The position numbers and the translations under genes were made by a program. A stretch of DNA of 64,000 nt from Mizuhopecten yessoensis (taxonomy: Eukaryota). The notes beneath the pieces are model-generated. The model saw only the letters and a program-made list of their open reading frames with translations. It was not told where the DNA came from and did no database searches. This document shows, in pieces, positions 1 to 14,093 of the stretch (positions within the stretch are counted from its first letter, which is position 1; the number at the start of each line of letters is the position of its first letter). The stretch spans positions 2,189,971 to 2,253,970 of the forward strand of contig NW_018408629.1 in the NCBI RefSeq assembly GCF_002113885.1, in the 5' to 3' direction.

Positions 1-36
1 AGTTTTAAATCACACCAAAAAGTTTGCTATACTCAC

Positions 37-3000
37 TTGTGGTGCTGCTTCAAATATTGTGAAATCTCGCTGTAAGTGTTCGTCTAATTCTAATATTGCT
101 GCTACATTACCGCATCTGAAAAAAGTCATTGGAACATTATTTAAGTAAAACATATTAGGCCAACAAAGAAATGCTTTATCTTGAATAAATTCCAGTAAAA
201 TGTTAAAGAGCACAGGGAAGGAAGGGAGTTCTCAAAAAAGCTGTACTTCTGTGTAACTATTTGTACCACACATGCTAACTAATGTAACTATGTATTGCAT
301 CATATATGTTAATACCTATATATATGTATATATATTGTAATTTACCTAGTGATACTAGAGATCCATATCAGAAGAAGGCCTTGTAAATAAAGAAAAAAAA
401 TACCCAATCCCTCTGATTGCTATTACAGTACATGTTTGAATGAAATACATTTTGTATCCTATGTCACCTGACACCTAATGGTACATATTGCATCATACAA
501 TACCGAGTGATGGTATATCACTGATAGAGTCTCTCACCCCAATCCATATCAACCTGGAATCGGCCATTTCTGACCTACATGTGCCTATCTGTTCTACTTC
601 CAGTATTGTTAATAATTCTGACGTTGCTTACAGATGCGGACAGTGTTTAGTATAAATAATTAAAAAGTTATAATATAGCTATTTCCTTATCCTATAGCAT
701 ATCAACCCTTGACCCATATCAGTCGGGTCTCCTGCTCCTGTGATTACTACCACTTACCTATAACAATAATTTGGCGCCGACCATACTGTTAGAACTGTTT
801 CATTGAAGTGCCATTTATAGCCTTCCATCACTAGCTGATGTGCTCGGCATATAAGGTCTATGTCGTTGGCGGCATTGAATTGTGCTACAACATCTGATCC
901 AAACAGGTAACCAGCCCCTCTGGGACTCACTCCCCAGCCCTGCATATCTGTCAGGGCAAAAAACACAAAGGCATTAATACATGTGACAACTTGATACCTC
1001 TAATATTTTTTGTATAATTTTATGGGAATGTTTATGTCAAAACATTGCTGTACATTTGTAGAGTTTTGCAAAGTGGAAAAACATGACTATAAATCAGCAT
1101 TACAGTATAGTTTTTTATGTTAATATATCATTTGTAAAGATAACCATGAATATGAATTTGTAATTATGTGTGAAACGAGTGTAACTTTTTGTTGGCTAAT
1201 GCTTCACATATAAAACGGAACTTTTAATGCAATTAAACCATTAACATCTTACAGACCATCAATATGAGATGGATAATCAGAGTCCAACAGTGATAGAAAA
1301 ATGATGGGTGTCGATCAACACTTGGAGAAATACAAAGCAGAAGAAATGAAGAAAATGGAAGACGAATGACTTTCCTCGCAACAATATTCTATCCTTGGTA
1401 GCAAATCCAAGGGATATATCTTTTAAGTGATGATCAATTGTTTGTAAGCGTAAGGCCTAATGGTACACATTCCAACATGTGTACTGTAGAATTCAGGATG
1501 GTGATGTTTTAACAAAGACGATTTCTGGCGAGGACAATTTTGTTAAACTACTGTTCTGTATAGCTCCTTAGAGTCATTTCTTTCAAAGTCTAAAGAGCAC
1601 CCTTCAAATTTTGTTTATGTTTTCAAATTGTACAAACCTTCTGGATCGGACCATAGTAAGTCACACATGGGTCCGTCGTGGGGAACTTCCTGTTTCCTGT
1701 CTATTGATCGTATTTGGTCGAGGGTCTGGATAGATGGTGACAACCCACCGTGTACACAGAATATCTGGAATAATAGCAAAGATTATTAAAATTCTAAAAC
1801 AAAGATTATAATCATAGATATACAGATTATTCTCAACAACACACTATATATATATATATAGCTAGCATGTCACTTCTTTTCATTACAGAAATAGTAAAAT
1901 CAGGTCTCAAAATGGAGCCCAAGTGAAGGAGAACCAACATCTTGGTTGTTATGATTTGTAAGTGAATTTCGGTGGGAATCTTTAATGGTACATCAACTCA
2001 ATATCATAGTTTCGTATACATAGTTTATTTATCGTTAACATATTTCAGTTTGCTAGGCTAGCTGTCATGAGAGTAGTTCTGATGACATAAACGTATTGAG
2101 ATTTAAAATTACCATCTTAATAAAAGTTACCAGGTATGTTGTACACTGTCATGAGAATAATTCTAATGACATCAATGTATTGAGATTTAAAATTATCATC
2201 TGGAACCTTTATTAATAATGGTCTTATCCCACACGCTACTTACCTTTCCATCTATGATTGCGGATAAGCTCAGGTAATCGAAGATCTCAGTACAGTATCT
2301 CCACACAGTGATTGAGCCATATTTTCGTAAACATTCATCGTAAAACCCATACACTTGCGTGATTTGTCGACTCTCATGATTCCCACGGATCAAAGTTATT
2401 CGGTCTGGATAACGTACCTAAAACAAAATCAAGAATGTTATAAACATTACTGTCAAGTATTGAAAAATAAAGTCATTTACTTATAAGTTTCTTATTATTA
2501 TATTTTTTTTTTAATCAAGTTTCAAATGAGTATACCTTCAGTAACAGGTATAAAGTCTACCTTCTACAGAACAGAAACTAATTTTCAAGTTATTTTCCAG
2601 CTTATTATCTCAATCAAGCTGCAACTGAGAGCCCTACGGAGCTTCTAGATTAAATACAAATCTGGCAGCAGGGGATCTGCTGCTGGTCCCTTCCCTCTAA
2701 AGAGAGAGGTATCCGGTATTAAAAACAGAAATTCCAGGTTAGATCTTAACAATCACTTTTGAAATCATGAGTTTAATAGCTCGAGAAAATATGAAGGATA
2801 TTTTCAGTCAAATGCTTACCTTTAATGCTAGAAGTAAAAGAAATGTCTCTACACTGTAGAAACCCCTGTCCACAAAATCACCCATGAACAGGTAATTTGT
2901 GTCGGGGACATCACCTCCCACTTTGAATAACTCATTGAGATCGTAAAATTGGCCATGAATATCGCCACACACCTGAAATATTTAAAACAGAACATATATA

Positions 3001-5780
3001 TACATATATATATATTGCAACAATTCTGTTCAAAATTACTTAAATGAATAATTTCAAAATATTCACTTCCTGCTGAAAATTTAAAGGTGACAACTAATAT
3101 CAGATCAAAAAAGTCTTTTCCTAATACTGATCAAGCCATAAATATATAGAATTATTAATAATATTTTTCACTTACATACAAGTCTTCCTGGTCTTAATAT
3201 CAGGGAAAGAAAAATGCCAGGTCTGATGACCCGTGCTAGTAGGTTTAGTCAGCTGGTAAGTTAACATTTACATCTACTTGCTAGAAGGACAGTGCAAAAT
3301 TTGTTATTGTATATATTACTATATTCGTAGCATGCTATTCTATAATTGATCAAATTCACAATGGAAAGACAAAATAGCTTAGTTTCTGTAAAAGACCATA
3401 ATGTTAATACAGCTAATTCATTGCAGTGTGCACTTGCTGAATATGAATATTTTTGGACAAGTACATATTTACCTCCTTGCGAGTACTTTTTCAAATCCAC
3501 TTGCCCGAAGGACCAGTGCTTTTGAAAACTTTGGTCTTGCCCTGATTCTAGTTTAATTTTCTAATTGAATTATTGAATATGATGACAGAAAGGCATGAAA
3601 ACCTTCGTCATTCCTCCAGATTTTTGCTCCTGTAGTAATGCTCGGAATCTGTACTTACTGTGACTGGAGAGTCTACCCTCTGGACGTTACTCTCCTCTAC
3701 CAGGATCTCCCTGGCTTTAGCACACAGGGACTTCACTTCACTCTCCTTGATGATTTCACATCGCCGTAGCTGCTCTATTTGCCTGAACACAAACAATTCA
3801 GATTCAATATTATCGCAACAACATAACTTCAAAATTTCAATGATGGAAAACAATGCAAACCTGAATGAAATCTCAGAAGCTGACAGAATATTTTAGAAAC
3901 ATTTTTTTTATAAACAGGCCTTTATTTATATCATAAGAACTTTGCATCTTTTTGTTAAACTTTTGGTTAAGCAGCTATCAACGAGTTATTCTAAAACTTC
4001 AATAATTTTTACAAAAATACTGAAATTTGTAACTCTCCGATTCTCAACACAGTACATAAAATTTACTATTTTATTTCATATTTGAACCGTAACCAAAATC
4101 TGATTTTGAGAACTGAGAATATCTAGTTAAATTAAGATTTATTTCTATACGGAGACCAAATCTACTTATATTGGGCTTGGAGAGTAAGGCTAGAGTTACA
4201 GTTGTCTCTAAGCTAAGAATATTTGATTTCTCAGGACTTTTACTTTTATTGCAGCGCTACATTATTAATATATAAATACATTTTTGTCTACAGGGTAATC
4301 TCTGAAAAACAGCATGATCATCTCAATAAAAGATGTTTGTTTTCATTTCAGCATATATATTGTTTGCCTGACCTAGACACATAATGCTAACGCTAAAGAA
4401 TTAATACATGTAGTACAATGTAGTTACTATTCGTGCCGTTAATTCACTTAAACAAAAGTTATCATTCAGAAAAAAATAAATTATGAAGTAACATGCTAAT
4501 TTTTATATTAAACACAATTAAAAAATATATTGAAATTTCTTTTCTGTTTTAAAATGAACAAGAGGCCCATGGGCCTTAACGGTCACCTGAGTCCTACAGT
4601 ATTCATTTTTGTTGTTGAAATATGTACCAGTTTGAGTAAAAATTAGTTAAGTATAATGTTAACTTAACTTTGTCAGGACCATGAGCTGATCATTCCTAGA
4701 CCGATTTTCAGTGAGATCGGCCTATTAGAACTTGTTTTTAAGTTTGAAATAGGTATTTACAAAATAGCGACCATGGCAGCCATATTGGATTTCTGATTGA
4801 CCCGAAAAATAACAACACTTTGTCAGGACCATGAGTCGATCATTCCTACAAAGTTTCAGTTCAATCGGCGAAGTAGAACTTTACTTTAAGTTTGAAATAG
4901 TTTTTCAAAATGGCGGCTGTGGCGGCCATATTGGATTTCTGATCGACCCGAAAAATAACAACACTTTGTCAGGACCATGAGGCGATCATTCCTACCAACT
5001 TTCAGTTCAATCGGCCCAGCAGAACTTGACTTTAAGTTTGAAATGTAAAATGTTAACGGACGACGGACGACGACGGACGAAAACGGATAGCAATAGGTCA
5101 CTTGAGCTAAAGCTCAGGTGACCTAAAAATATTGAACATTTAGTAATGAACATGTACCTTTATGCATAATAACTGCATCGTAATTAAAGGTAAGAATGTG
5201 CAGGCTTATCTACAGTGATTAACAACTACACCCCTGAAGTTTTATAATGAACCATTCCAACCTTTGAATTGGAAGAGCTCAAATGTGTCTCCAGGGATCG
5301 ATGAGTTAACAACTACACTTCAACAGGGAAGGGTTAAATAACGTAAACACTACCTATGTATATAAGTAATATATATGGTTTTGATATGTACATATACATG
5401 TATACGTAACAGGATAACAGTCACAATGTAGGTCAGTGGACCTAGGTTTGGCTTTATCTGTAAACACTTAAATGACTCATAGATAAAATGTGGGACATCT
5501 AAATATAGACCAAGAAAAATGAACAGCAGTCTGATAGATGTTCAATATATATTATAATCATGTCATTGAATGTAAAATACACTAAAAGGTAAATCATTTG
5601 TATTAAAATTTTACATTTTCAAAATATGCATCATTACAACTTCAGTTTCTTGGCAAATATATACTATTTGTTGAATATTGATATTGTCTTTAGAACTTTA
5701 GGTGTTTACACGGTATACATGAATGGCCTTGGCCTTTCATTTATTAATATTTACCTGTCCAGGTCGCTGAGTTCACTCAT
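37..5780 (-). CDS. PPP4C: Serine/threonine-protein phosphatase 4 catalytic subunit, 7 coding exons in window (final exon lies left of position 1)
   Basis: Coding exons (minus): 5755-5780, 3659-3782, 2820-2972, 2244-2417, 1638-1764, 758-947, 37-115, all GT-AG with consistent phase. Spliced protein [62 protein letters not shown]...GDFVDRG...RGNHE...[34 protein letters not shown] has the PPP-family motifs and PP4-type sequence. Confidence 0.97.
4557..5129 (-). mobile_element. Non-autonomous Helentron-associated element (HINE/pearl-like), copy 1, with about 146-150 bp internal tandem units
   Basis: One end has aacaagAGGCCCATGGGCCT palindrome plus ggtcacctgag; the other has a GAC/GGAC microsatellite and hairpin aggtcacttgagc-taaa-gctcaggtgacct; three unit starts (tgtcaggaccatga at about 4671, 4821, 4967). 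Near-identical to 8065-8788. Confidence 0.8.
5219..5309. mobile_element. About 90-bp TTAA-flanked foldback MITE (family 1, degenerate copy)
   Basis: TTAA at both ends; internal ttccaa-cctttgaa-ttggaa hairpin; similar to 21277-21367. Confidence 0.6.
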
Positions 5781-8064
5781 ACTAGAACTTTGATATTGCA
5801 ATACCTGGAAAGAAAAAGAAATTTTAAACATCAACATGAGTCGAGATTACATATATAGTACAACAGATATTACAAGTGACGTCCACACAAACTTTAACAC
5901 ATTCTTGAGGCTAAGTTTCAAAACCAGGTGCAAATTAACCATCAGTATTCTTTGAAGTAATTTATTTACCATTTTCGAAACATAAACAATATGTGTAACA
6001 GACTGGACAGTATGATGATGTACCAGGTATGTCAGTGTCATTGTACGTACTAGATATCGACCTCCTTACCCTAGTACAATACACATAACAATTATGTTTG
6101 TTTTGTAGTCCTACAATATGGACACAAACTGGTATATAATTTTATTTTGTATTCATAAGCAAAGCTACATATTTGTGTACATCGTATTGTACAAGTTCTT
6201 ACACTGTATATATATTTTATATAAGATATATTTTTCATCAGCAATTGTACATGCACATTTGTATAAACGGAGGCATGCATATGCAGGCCATTTGGATTGA
6301 TATGACTCGCCTGTGCCCCCCACTTTGACCATCAATGCACATATCAGAGAAACTAACTTTAGTGCAAAAACTTAATGTTGATTGATCCCGAAGATGTTGA
6401 CAAAGTCAATGTACCATGAAAGGTAGGCCGCATCCAGCATATTTGATGCATGAGTTGAGATGTACGCATCTATGGTCTAAGTTTGGTTGGTCAAGCATTT
6501 ATACTTTCAGTGAAACTAAGTTAAACGCCAGAAAAGCAACACCTTAGTCTCGCTTCTGCTTCTTCGTCGCGGCAAGACAAAAAAATAACAGGACAATTTA
6601 TCAAAGAGTGTAATATTTTTGTATGAAACTGAAACCAATTACCAGCTTTAGGAAAATATTTTATAAAGATTAGCATTATAACCGATAACTGTATCGTAAC
6701 TTACACTGATCAACCAGGCCAGAAACAATTCCTCATCTATACATACTCACTTTAAACATGCGGAAGCAGATTATATATTTATGCACTATAGTTCATCAGT
6801 CACAAATTCACAAAGTGGAGACAATTTTTGTTACATTATTTTAAACTTTCCAATTCTATCAAATTTACATGTGTATAGAAAATGAAGTATGTATACACTG
6901 ATATCACTAACCTGTAGATAAAGTAGATCTGCTGCTGTGTATCGTGTTCTGTATACTAACCACTGGACATGAGTCCCAGTATTTATACACACAGATAACC
7001 ATGATGATTAATGCATTTAGGTGAGTTTATTTTAAATATATATATGACATCATCCATGTGACTATCACCTAAATATCATGTAATAAAATTCAATATTCTA
7101 ACACTACAGCTAGAATTTAGAATGATTTCACCAAGTTTATCATACTTTTTTTTATTAACTGTTATTATTAATTTGACAAAAATTGTTAGGATATTTTTAT
7201 AAAGTAATTAATTATGATCATGAATCGCTTCGATTCGGAGAAGGATTAAAGTTTTGAGGCTTTTGTTTTAATGACAAGGCAGTCAGATCTTGTATCACAA
7301 TTATCTGATTAATTGTATTCCGATTATTCAAAAATGTGTGCTTTCTGTTGTTTGAAAATTGAAGGGGGGGGGGGGGATATAGAACATTTTAATTTTAATA
7401 AAACACTTAACTTATATATGCAAGCTGGAACTTTTAAGTTTGGGCTGGTAGTTTCCAATTTTATTAGTCCATGCATATGTGCCAAATTCCCACTGACCCA
7501 ATGACATTCAACATGCAAATTACCCGTAAGTAATATAACATTTTGACTAGTCAGTTGAGCTCCATGTTTTAAAACCACTAGTCCAGCTGCTGGTACACCA
7601 TGTTTCACTAGGATTTCAAGATCAATGTATCCAATACAAAAACAGCAGTTTATTCCAGTACTTCACAAACAACGCCTATACTGTATGCAGCAAGATATTT
7701 CTAGTGTCAAACACAAGCAGGCTACTGTTATGTCCAGCCGTTCAGAGTGATTAAAAATGTTCACAGTGATCATGACAAACATTGAACAAAGTTTCAACTT
7801 TAATTATTTGATACTGTAACACAGCGCACTGATGTGCAAGATAATGGTCGAACGACACAGTATGGAGACTATGCACCAGTACCAACACAACAGCATGTAC
7901 CATTTGCTTGTTTAAGATTGAAAAAAAAAATCAAATCCAATTGTCTATGACTTTGAAAATGTCCCCTATTTGGAGGACTTATAATAAACTATACTTGGGA
8001 CAATCGTTCTCACTACTTTGTATCATCCTTAGCAGAACACAGCCCATATATTTGACCCTATAAC

Positions 8065-8788
8065 AACAAGAGGCCCATGGGCCTTAACGGTCACCTGAGT
8101 CCTACAGTATTTATTTTTATTGTTGAAATATGTACCAATTTGAGTAAAAAATAGTTAAGTATAATGTTAACTTAACTTTGTCAGGACCATGAGCTGATCA
8201 TTCCTAGACCGATTTTAAGTGAGATCGGCCTATTAGAACTTAAATTGTTTTTAAGTTTGAAATAGGTATTTACAAAATAGCGGCCATGGCAGCCAAATTG
8301 TATTTCTGATTGACCCGAAAAATAACAACACTTTGTCAGGACCATGATTCGATCATTCCTACAAAGTTTCAGTTCAATCGGCCAAGTAGAACTTTACTTT
8401 AAGTTTGAAATAGTTTTTCAAAATGGCGGCCGTGGTGGCCATATTGGATTTCTGATCGACCCGAAAAATAACAACACTTTGTCAGGACCATGAGTCGATC
8501 ATTCCTACAAACTTTAAGTTCAATCGGTCCAGCAGAACTTGACTTTAAGTTTGAAATAGGTTTTCAAAATGGCGGCCGTGGCGGCCATATTGGATTTCTG
8601 ATCGACCCGAAAAATAACAACACTTTGTCAGGACCATGAGGCGATCATTCCTACCAACTTTCAGTTCAATCGGCCCAGCAGAACTTGACTTTAAGTTTGA
8701 AATGTAAAATGTTAACGGACGACGGACGACGACGGACGAAAATGGATAGCAATAGGTCACTTGAGCTAAAGCTCAGGTGACCTAAAAA
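8065..8788 (-). mobile_element. HINE copy 2 (same family as 4557-5129, one extra about 146-bp unit)
   Basis: Same termini, hairpin and microsatellite as copy 1; four unit starts instead of three; gives the duplicated spurious [18 protein letters not shown]. Confidence 0.8.
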
Positions 8789-10096
8789 TGCACAAAGATT
8801 GTCAGGTCTTTTGCAAGATCTGCTACCTAACTTTGCAAAAGCATCAATAACAGACTCTCAGCTAAGGAGGTTTTATGAAAATGGTATCTTATTGATGGTT
8901 TTAAGTTGTAAATGCAGAGAATTGTTATTTAAACACAAAACAGAGATTGAAATCAAGAGTATAGTGGCCATTTAAAAATCTGTCTCTACACAACAAAATC
9001 TAGCGTTTTTTGCAGTGTATTTTTTACTCGGCACCTGTAAATATTGACAAAAGGACATTGGATGAAGCTATGCTAAAAATGAGTATTTCTGTTACCGAGG
9101 CCAGTGATATTAAATTTTAGACAGATTTTAAGAAAAAAAACTTGGGAGGGGGGGGGGGGGGGGTAAAATTTTGGATTAAAAAAAAGTTTTTATTAGCATT
9201 TTTGGATGTGGTTTTCACTAGTCGGAAATCAGGGGAAAACAAAATGATTTCTCTAAAATGTTGTAATTACATATGTTTTATGTAATTTATGAATACCTGG
9301 ATGTAGTTTTTATTGTGTGCAGGATGAATATGTTTACTGTATAACAGACCTGCACTTTATTTTAGGATAAGGTAATTTCTACTCTGCACTGCTTAAATCA
9401 CAACTTTGGAGTTTAGTATCTTGAGGCGGACCCTCGTGTCTTGAAGACATCAAGTGTTTCAGCTGACACAATTTCAGGAGGCAATGCAATTCAGGCTTTG
9501 ATGGTGCCTGGGAAATATGAAAACTTTCTACAATCATTCTTGCAAGATTGTAGGTGGAATGTCTTATTATGCATGTTTCTAGTTAATCTGTGTGGTGGTA
9601 TAAGTCTATCCTCTTTAATGATTTTAACATGCCCATTCACAATTTTGTAGAACATTTTAAGGTGTGCATCCTGTCGTCTGACTTCCCGTGATCTCCAGGC
9701 CAGATCCTCCAGCACTGGTTCTACACTGGATCTACTGTTGAACTGGTTGCTGACATAACGTGCACCTCTGTGTTGGACCATTTCTAGATGATAGATATCC
9801 TTTTGATGGTATTGGATCCCAAACAGTTGACGAATATTCTACTATTGGACTTACAAGCGTCTTATAGGCATTTCCTTTTTGCAGGTTTGGAAGCGATGTT
9901 AAGGTTTTGTCTTAGAAATCCTAATATTCTGTTTGCCCACGTGTTAGTCTGTCCACAAATAACATAATGCTGGAGCTTGTGTATTAATAGGCTATGTATA
10001 TGACTGACCTTGGTGAAAGCTTTTGAAAAATCAATTATGCGGACATCAGTCTGCTTCCCCGCTGACATGTTGATAGTGATGTCATCAATGACACTG

Positions 10097-10175
10097 AGTA
10101 CTGTAAAGTGCTTTAGAGTGGCTTATGTTAGCTAGATAGGGCGCTATATAAAATGCTGTATATTATTATTATAAT
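10097..10175 (+). mobile_element. 3' tail of an L2-type SINE/LINE inserted into the LINE remnant
   Basis: gtactgtaaa..gctttagagtggcttatgttagctagatagggcgctatata...(att)n; the same sequence recurs at about 22180-22250. Confidence 0.6.
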
Positions 10176-10247
10176 AAACTCGATGAGCTGGGTCTCACAT
10201 GATAATTTGCTGAGGAAGCTAAACTGTAAGTGGGTACAGGATGTTAA

Positions 10248-10560
10248 TAGTCCCTTAACGGGAACTAGGGGGGGGGGGGGGGGGAACTCTAGTTTTACGT
10301 TGTGTCCGTCTGTCCTTCTGCTATCTTGTCCGATACGGGCTCTGTCTTCTACACTACTTGTCACCGGAACCTCATACTTGGGGTATGTGTTCACCTTGGT
10401 GAGGTGGTGTGTCGTTTTTCAAAAGTAGGTCACTCTGACCTACATTTTGACCTGCATCAAAGAAAAAGTTTGTCCAGGCTATATCTCCTACACCACTAGT
10501 CACTGGAACTTTATACTTGGAGTATGAGTTCCTCTTGGTAAGGCAGTGTGTTTGCTACTT
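10248..10560 (+). mobile_element. Truncated HINE-like element
   Basis: Terminal gtccc...gggaacta hairpin, gtccgtctgtcc microsatellite, and two diverged units containing ggaac.t.atacttgg; end approximate. Confidence 0.5.
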
Positions 10561-12310
10561 CTCTACCAAGTCACTTTCAAAATTTTGGACTTCAGAACTA
10601 CTGTGATGGAGCCTGTGCACACAATGGAACCAACCAGATTCTTTGTTCTATGTGTTGTGAGATGTGTCTTTTTCCTGTGTTTTGACTGTGAGTTACCTTA
10701 AGATTTTTTGCTGACTTTACAGGATTTTCAGTTTCCATACTGTATGATTCTGATACATTTGTATGCAAATTTAAGGTGTTATATTTACTTCTGAATACAA
10801 TTTACCAGATTCTGGTATCACTCTATCAGAGATAATGTGACCAATTCTAAATTTGAATTCGGTGAAATAACCCATTTAAATAAGTTATATCACTAATTCA
10901 AATCAGGACTGTTGAGTGTTGATTTTGCACCTAAGAATGGGTGATACCATTGATTCAACTTAGTGACATTGCCTCTTTGAATCTGTGATATCACTTATTC
11001 TTTTGAACTTCTGAATCCTGATATATATTATCACTTACTAAAATTAGTGATATTCACATTTATACCACAAAATGCAATCAAATAATAAAACACTGTATAG
11101 TACATAGTGTCACCAGATGCAATTTAATAGTAAACCGGTGCCACTAACCAGTAAGCATCCACCAGATTTATTTGCAATAGTAGCACTGACACTATTCCTT
11201 ATTGAATATGGTGGGTCTGTCAAACATTCATATATAGAATTAGTTCCTGCACAAATTTATCAACGTGCATTTTACATGCAGTGGGGGACTATAATTCGCC
11301 GAATTGTCTTGTTCCTATTGGCGTGGTTCATAATGTGACTAATGTTATGATGTGTTCCATCAATTTGCAACAAATGCAGGTAAGCGAGATAGGTCGATAA
11401 TTCTCAACCTTGTGGCAGTCGAGATTGGGGCTACAATTGCATGTTTCCAGTCGTTGGGGACCTCTCCAGTTTCCAGGGATTTTCGAATTATGATTGTAAG
11501 AAATGGTGGTCTGATTGTCATTTAACAAATTTGCACCTATATGTTAAAATCACCCGACTCAAAGTCTGACTTCAGTATTGACAAAAAATTCTAATGTTTC
11601 TTTTGTCTGATGAGCCACATTGCCTTTATATATATGCATACTTTTTGAAGTTCCCATGGTCAAAATGAAAACACAAAAAATGTGTGTATATACCCCCAAA
11701 GAGACAAAATAACTCTTCAAAATGACATATTTTGAGTTGTTCTTACAGATGAAATTATTGGATCTTAAAATATAGAAATAGTTAAGCAAATTCACAGGTT
11801 GAAACTTCTCAATTTAAGGGTCTAAAATCAGGAGTCTCCCTCCTTCATACAGAGAATTGACATGCATGCAAGTGGAAGTCAGCACATGTGCTAACACATA
11901 GAATATATAAAGGCTTATATGTAGGGTTCGACATCATTTTTTGAATGATCGACAGGCGAGGGTCAATGTAATTTGTCACCTGACCACATGGCATTCAAAC
12001 ATCTTATATTTACGTATATATAAATGTTTATCACGTATAAAAACAAGACTGATTAGTTTTAAAAGCTTCATAATAATGTTCTTACAATCATTTCGGGGCG
12101 GTTCTTCTACCAGCAAGTTATCATCTTATTCATTCTCTCTCTTCGAGAGGAAACACTTGTGTTCAACTTCAAACGTTTCAACTGATTTCCTAATTTTAAT
12201 GAAACTATACGATAATCACAACAACGTCGCAAAAGATTAACCTGTAAACGTTAGGTGTATGGACAAAGAACACATATTGGTTACAATTAGAGGGAGCCTG
12301 GTCGACTTAC

Positions 12311-12385
12311 CGAATCGTTATCCAAGCCTCCTCGCATTCTCTGTTGTGCGTCAGAAATTGGAATCTCGCGCATAATCGAGATAGA
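12311..12385 (-). promoter_or_regulatory. Probable non-coding first exon/promoter of PPP4C
   Basis: Strong donor CG|GTAAGT on minus at 12310; CpG-rich patch with ATCTCG-cgcataat-CGAGAT inverted repeat; the ATG exon (5755-5804) starts at an acceptor so an upstream exon is needed. Confidence 0.55.
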
Positions 12386-14019
12386 CGATATTTCATGTTT
12401 CGTAATAAAATTAATTTAGCGTTCATTTTTTCAAATGAATGAAGATAACTTAATACGCTTTTGAAAATTAAATAAATCTTTCAGAAATGTGAAAAATTAA
12501 CTTTGTCTTAAAACTATTTCAAAATAATTTTAAAGGCTACACTAATTGTAAAGCAGATAACGGAAAGGCGTCATCCGGATATTGCACCGTTAACATGACA
12601 TATATCCAGAAAGAATGCTGATTCACAAAACAAGTCTTAAAAGTGATTTATCTTAACAAGCAAACTCATTTTTTGGAGAAACAAACGTTTTATTCATGAC
12701 TATAAGATTATTAATCATAGCGGTAAAATTCTAAAGAGGTCAGTGACAATAAAGACAGTATGTCAGTTGAGGAAGAAAAAAATAAAATGCGTGACGTATC
12801 TTTTCAAGGCCACAGAACTGTCATGGTTTTCGAAACCCTAAACAATTCAAGAGCAAAGTGCCACCAATGTGATAGAAAGGGTGCATACATTTCAATACCG
12901 ACAGTAGGTTGGAAGTGTCGGCAAACCCATCAAAAGTATTATAACGAAGTCTTTAAAAACCTGTTCAATTTTTAAAAAGTAATAGGAAAGAAAGAAATTC
13001 CATTACTTCTGAGCCCCAAAACATTAGTCAGTAAAAATAATTTTCAGAAGTTAAACGGTTTGACATATATATAATATTTTACATGGTGATACCCATATAC
13101 TTTTCCGACTACTACTAAAAATACTAGAGACCTGTCACTGTAAACAAACTCAATGTACCAAAATTCAAAACTGCTATTGTACAACATTATGGTATGACTT
13201 AAGTGACAATTTGGGAGTAGCTCTTACTGTAAGCATTTTAAAGAAACTTTATTTGATGCAATATTTTGATAATGAGTAATAACTCTTTATCTTATATAAT
13301 AATTGTTCCTTTTCTGTATTCACAGCATTGCAGATATATCGTTGTATTATCTCTCCTACTATACAATCCCGTTTGTTGTAGCATGTCGTGTTTATAGTTT
13401 CTCTGTTTCACGGGGCAATATTGAAAATTGTATTTATATCTAAATAATTGAAAATAAATAAATATAGCAAGGGGAAGATGCCTGCATTTCTTTTAATAAT
13501 ATTACAATTAATAACTGATTTCTTTGGTGGTGTTTTACTATCTCGCGTGCACTCACAGTGGGACATGGGTGTCAGACAGCATTGTTGAATCACTGAGGAT
13601 CATGGAAGATGGCAATTGACCCAAACCAGTATGTAGAATGCTTCCTGATTGGTCTTTACAGGCCTTTGACTGCTTGCCACATTCATGATCTTTATCTCAA
13701 ACTCATGACTCTGCAGAAGATCGGAAAACAATGTGTAAAACTAGGAAGGCAAGGTACACCAGACAGTTTATGTATCTGTACACGGGATTGAGTTGCTCAA
13801 TACTAGGCCCTATACTATTTAACGCATTTCTAAACTTACAACAACTACGCAGAAACGTATTATTAAAATTACTACAAACAGACAGCGACACATCCATACA
13901 TTTTGCAAACATATACAGGCAAGCACAGAAAGTTCAAATGACGATATCACATTAGAAATACAGCCGGGAAGCTATTCGGACAAGTAAAATTATTAGACGT
14001 TCAACTCAACTTTCACACT

Positions 14020-14093
14020 CATGTCGCGATATGCAAAGAGGCATCCACAAAATTAAGTTACTTATCAACATTACAGGAAAGCAACCAACGGGA
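14020..14093 (+). promoter_or_regulatory. Possible non-coding first exon of FLOT2
   Basis: GTAAGT donor at 14094 after a CpG-containing patch (tgtcgcgat); candidate acceptor ttttcaag at 14710 upstream of the ATG. Confidence 0.35.

Larger units (their letters stand above)
9400..11510 (-). mobile_element. Decayed CR1/L2-type LINE reverse-transcriptase remnant interrupted by nested insertions
   Basis: Frame-broken pieces NYRPISLTCICCKLMEHII (11328-11528), SCETQLIEF, QTDVRIIDFSKAF, HRGARYV...KMFYKIVNG...FSYFPGTI; boundaries approximate. Confidence 0.8.

Noticed and set aside
2062-2201. Diverged tandem duplication of about 55-85 bp in PPP4C intron 4
   Set aside because: Real, but contains no splice site or structure suggesting function.
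3201-3544. hAT-like MITE with CAGGG...CCCTG ends
   Set aside because: Only about 10 bp of imperfect TIR and no recognisable TSD; plausible but not supportable.
4886-8760. Duplicated 71-aa [18 protein letters not shown] as a small gene family
   Set aside because: Chance frame across the microsatellite and satellite unit of two HINE copies.
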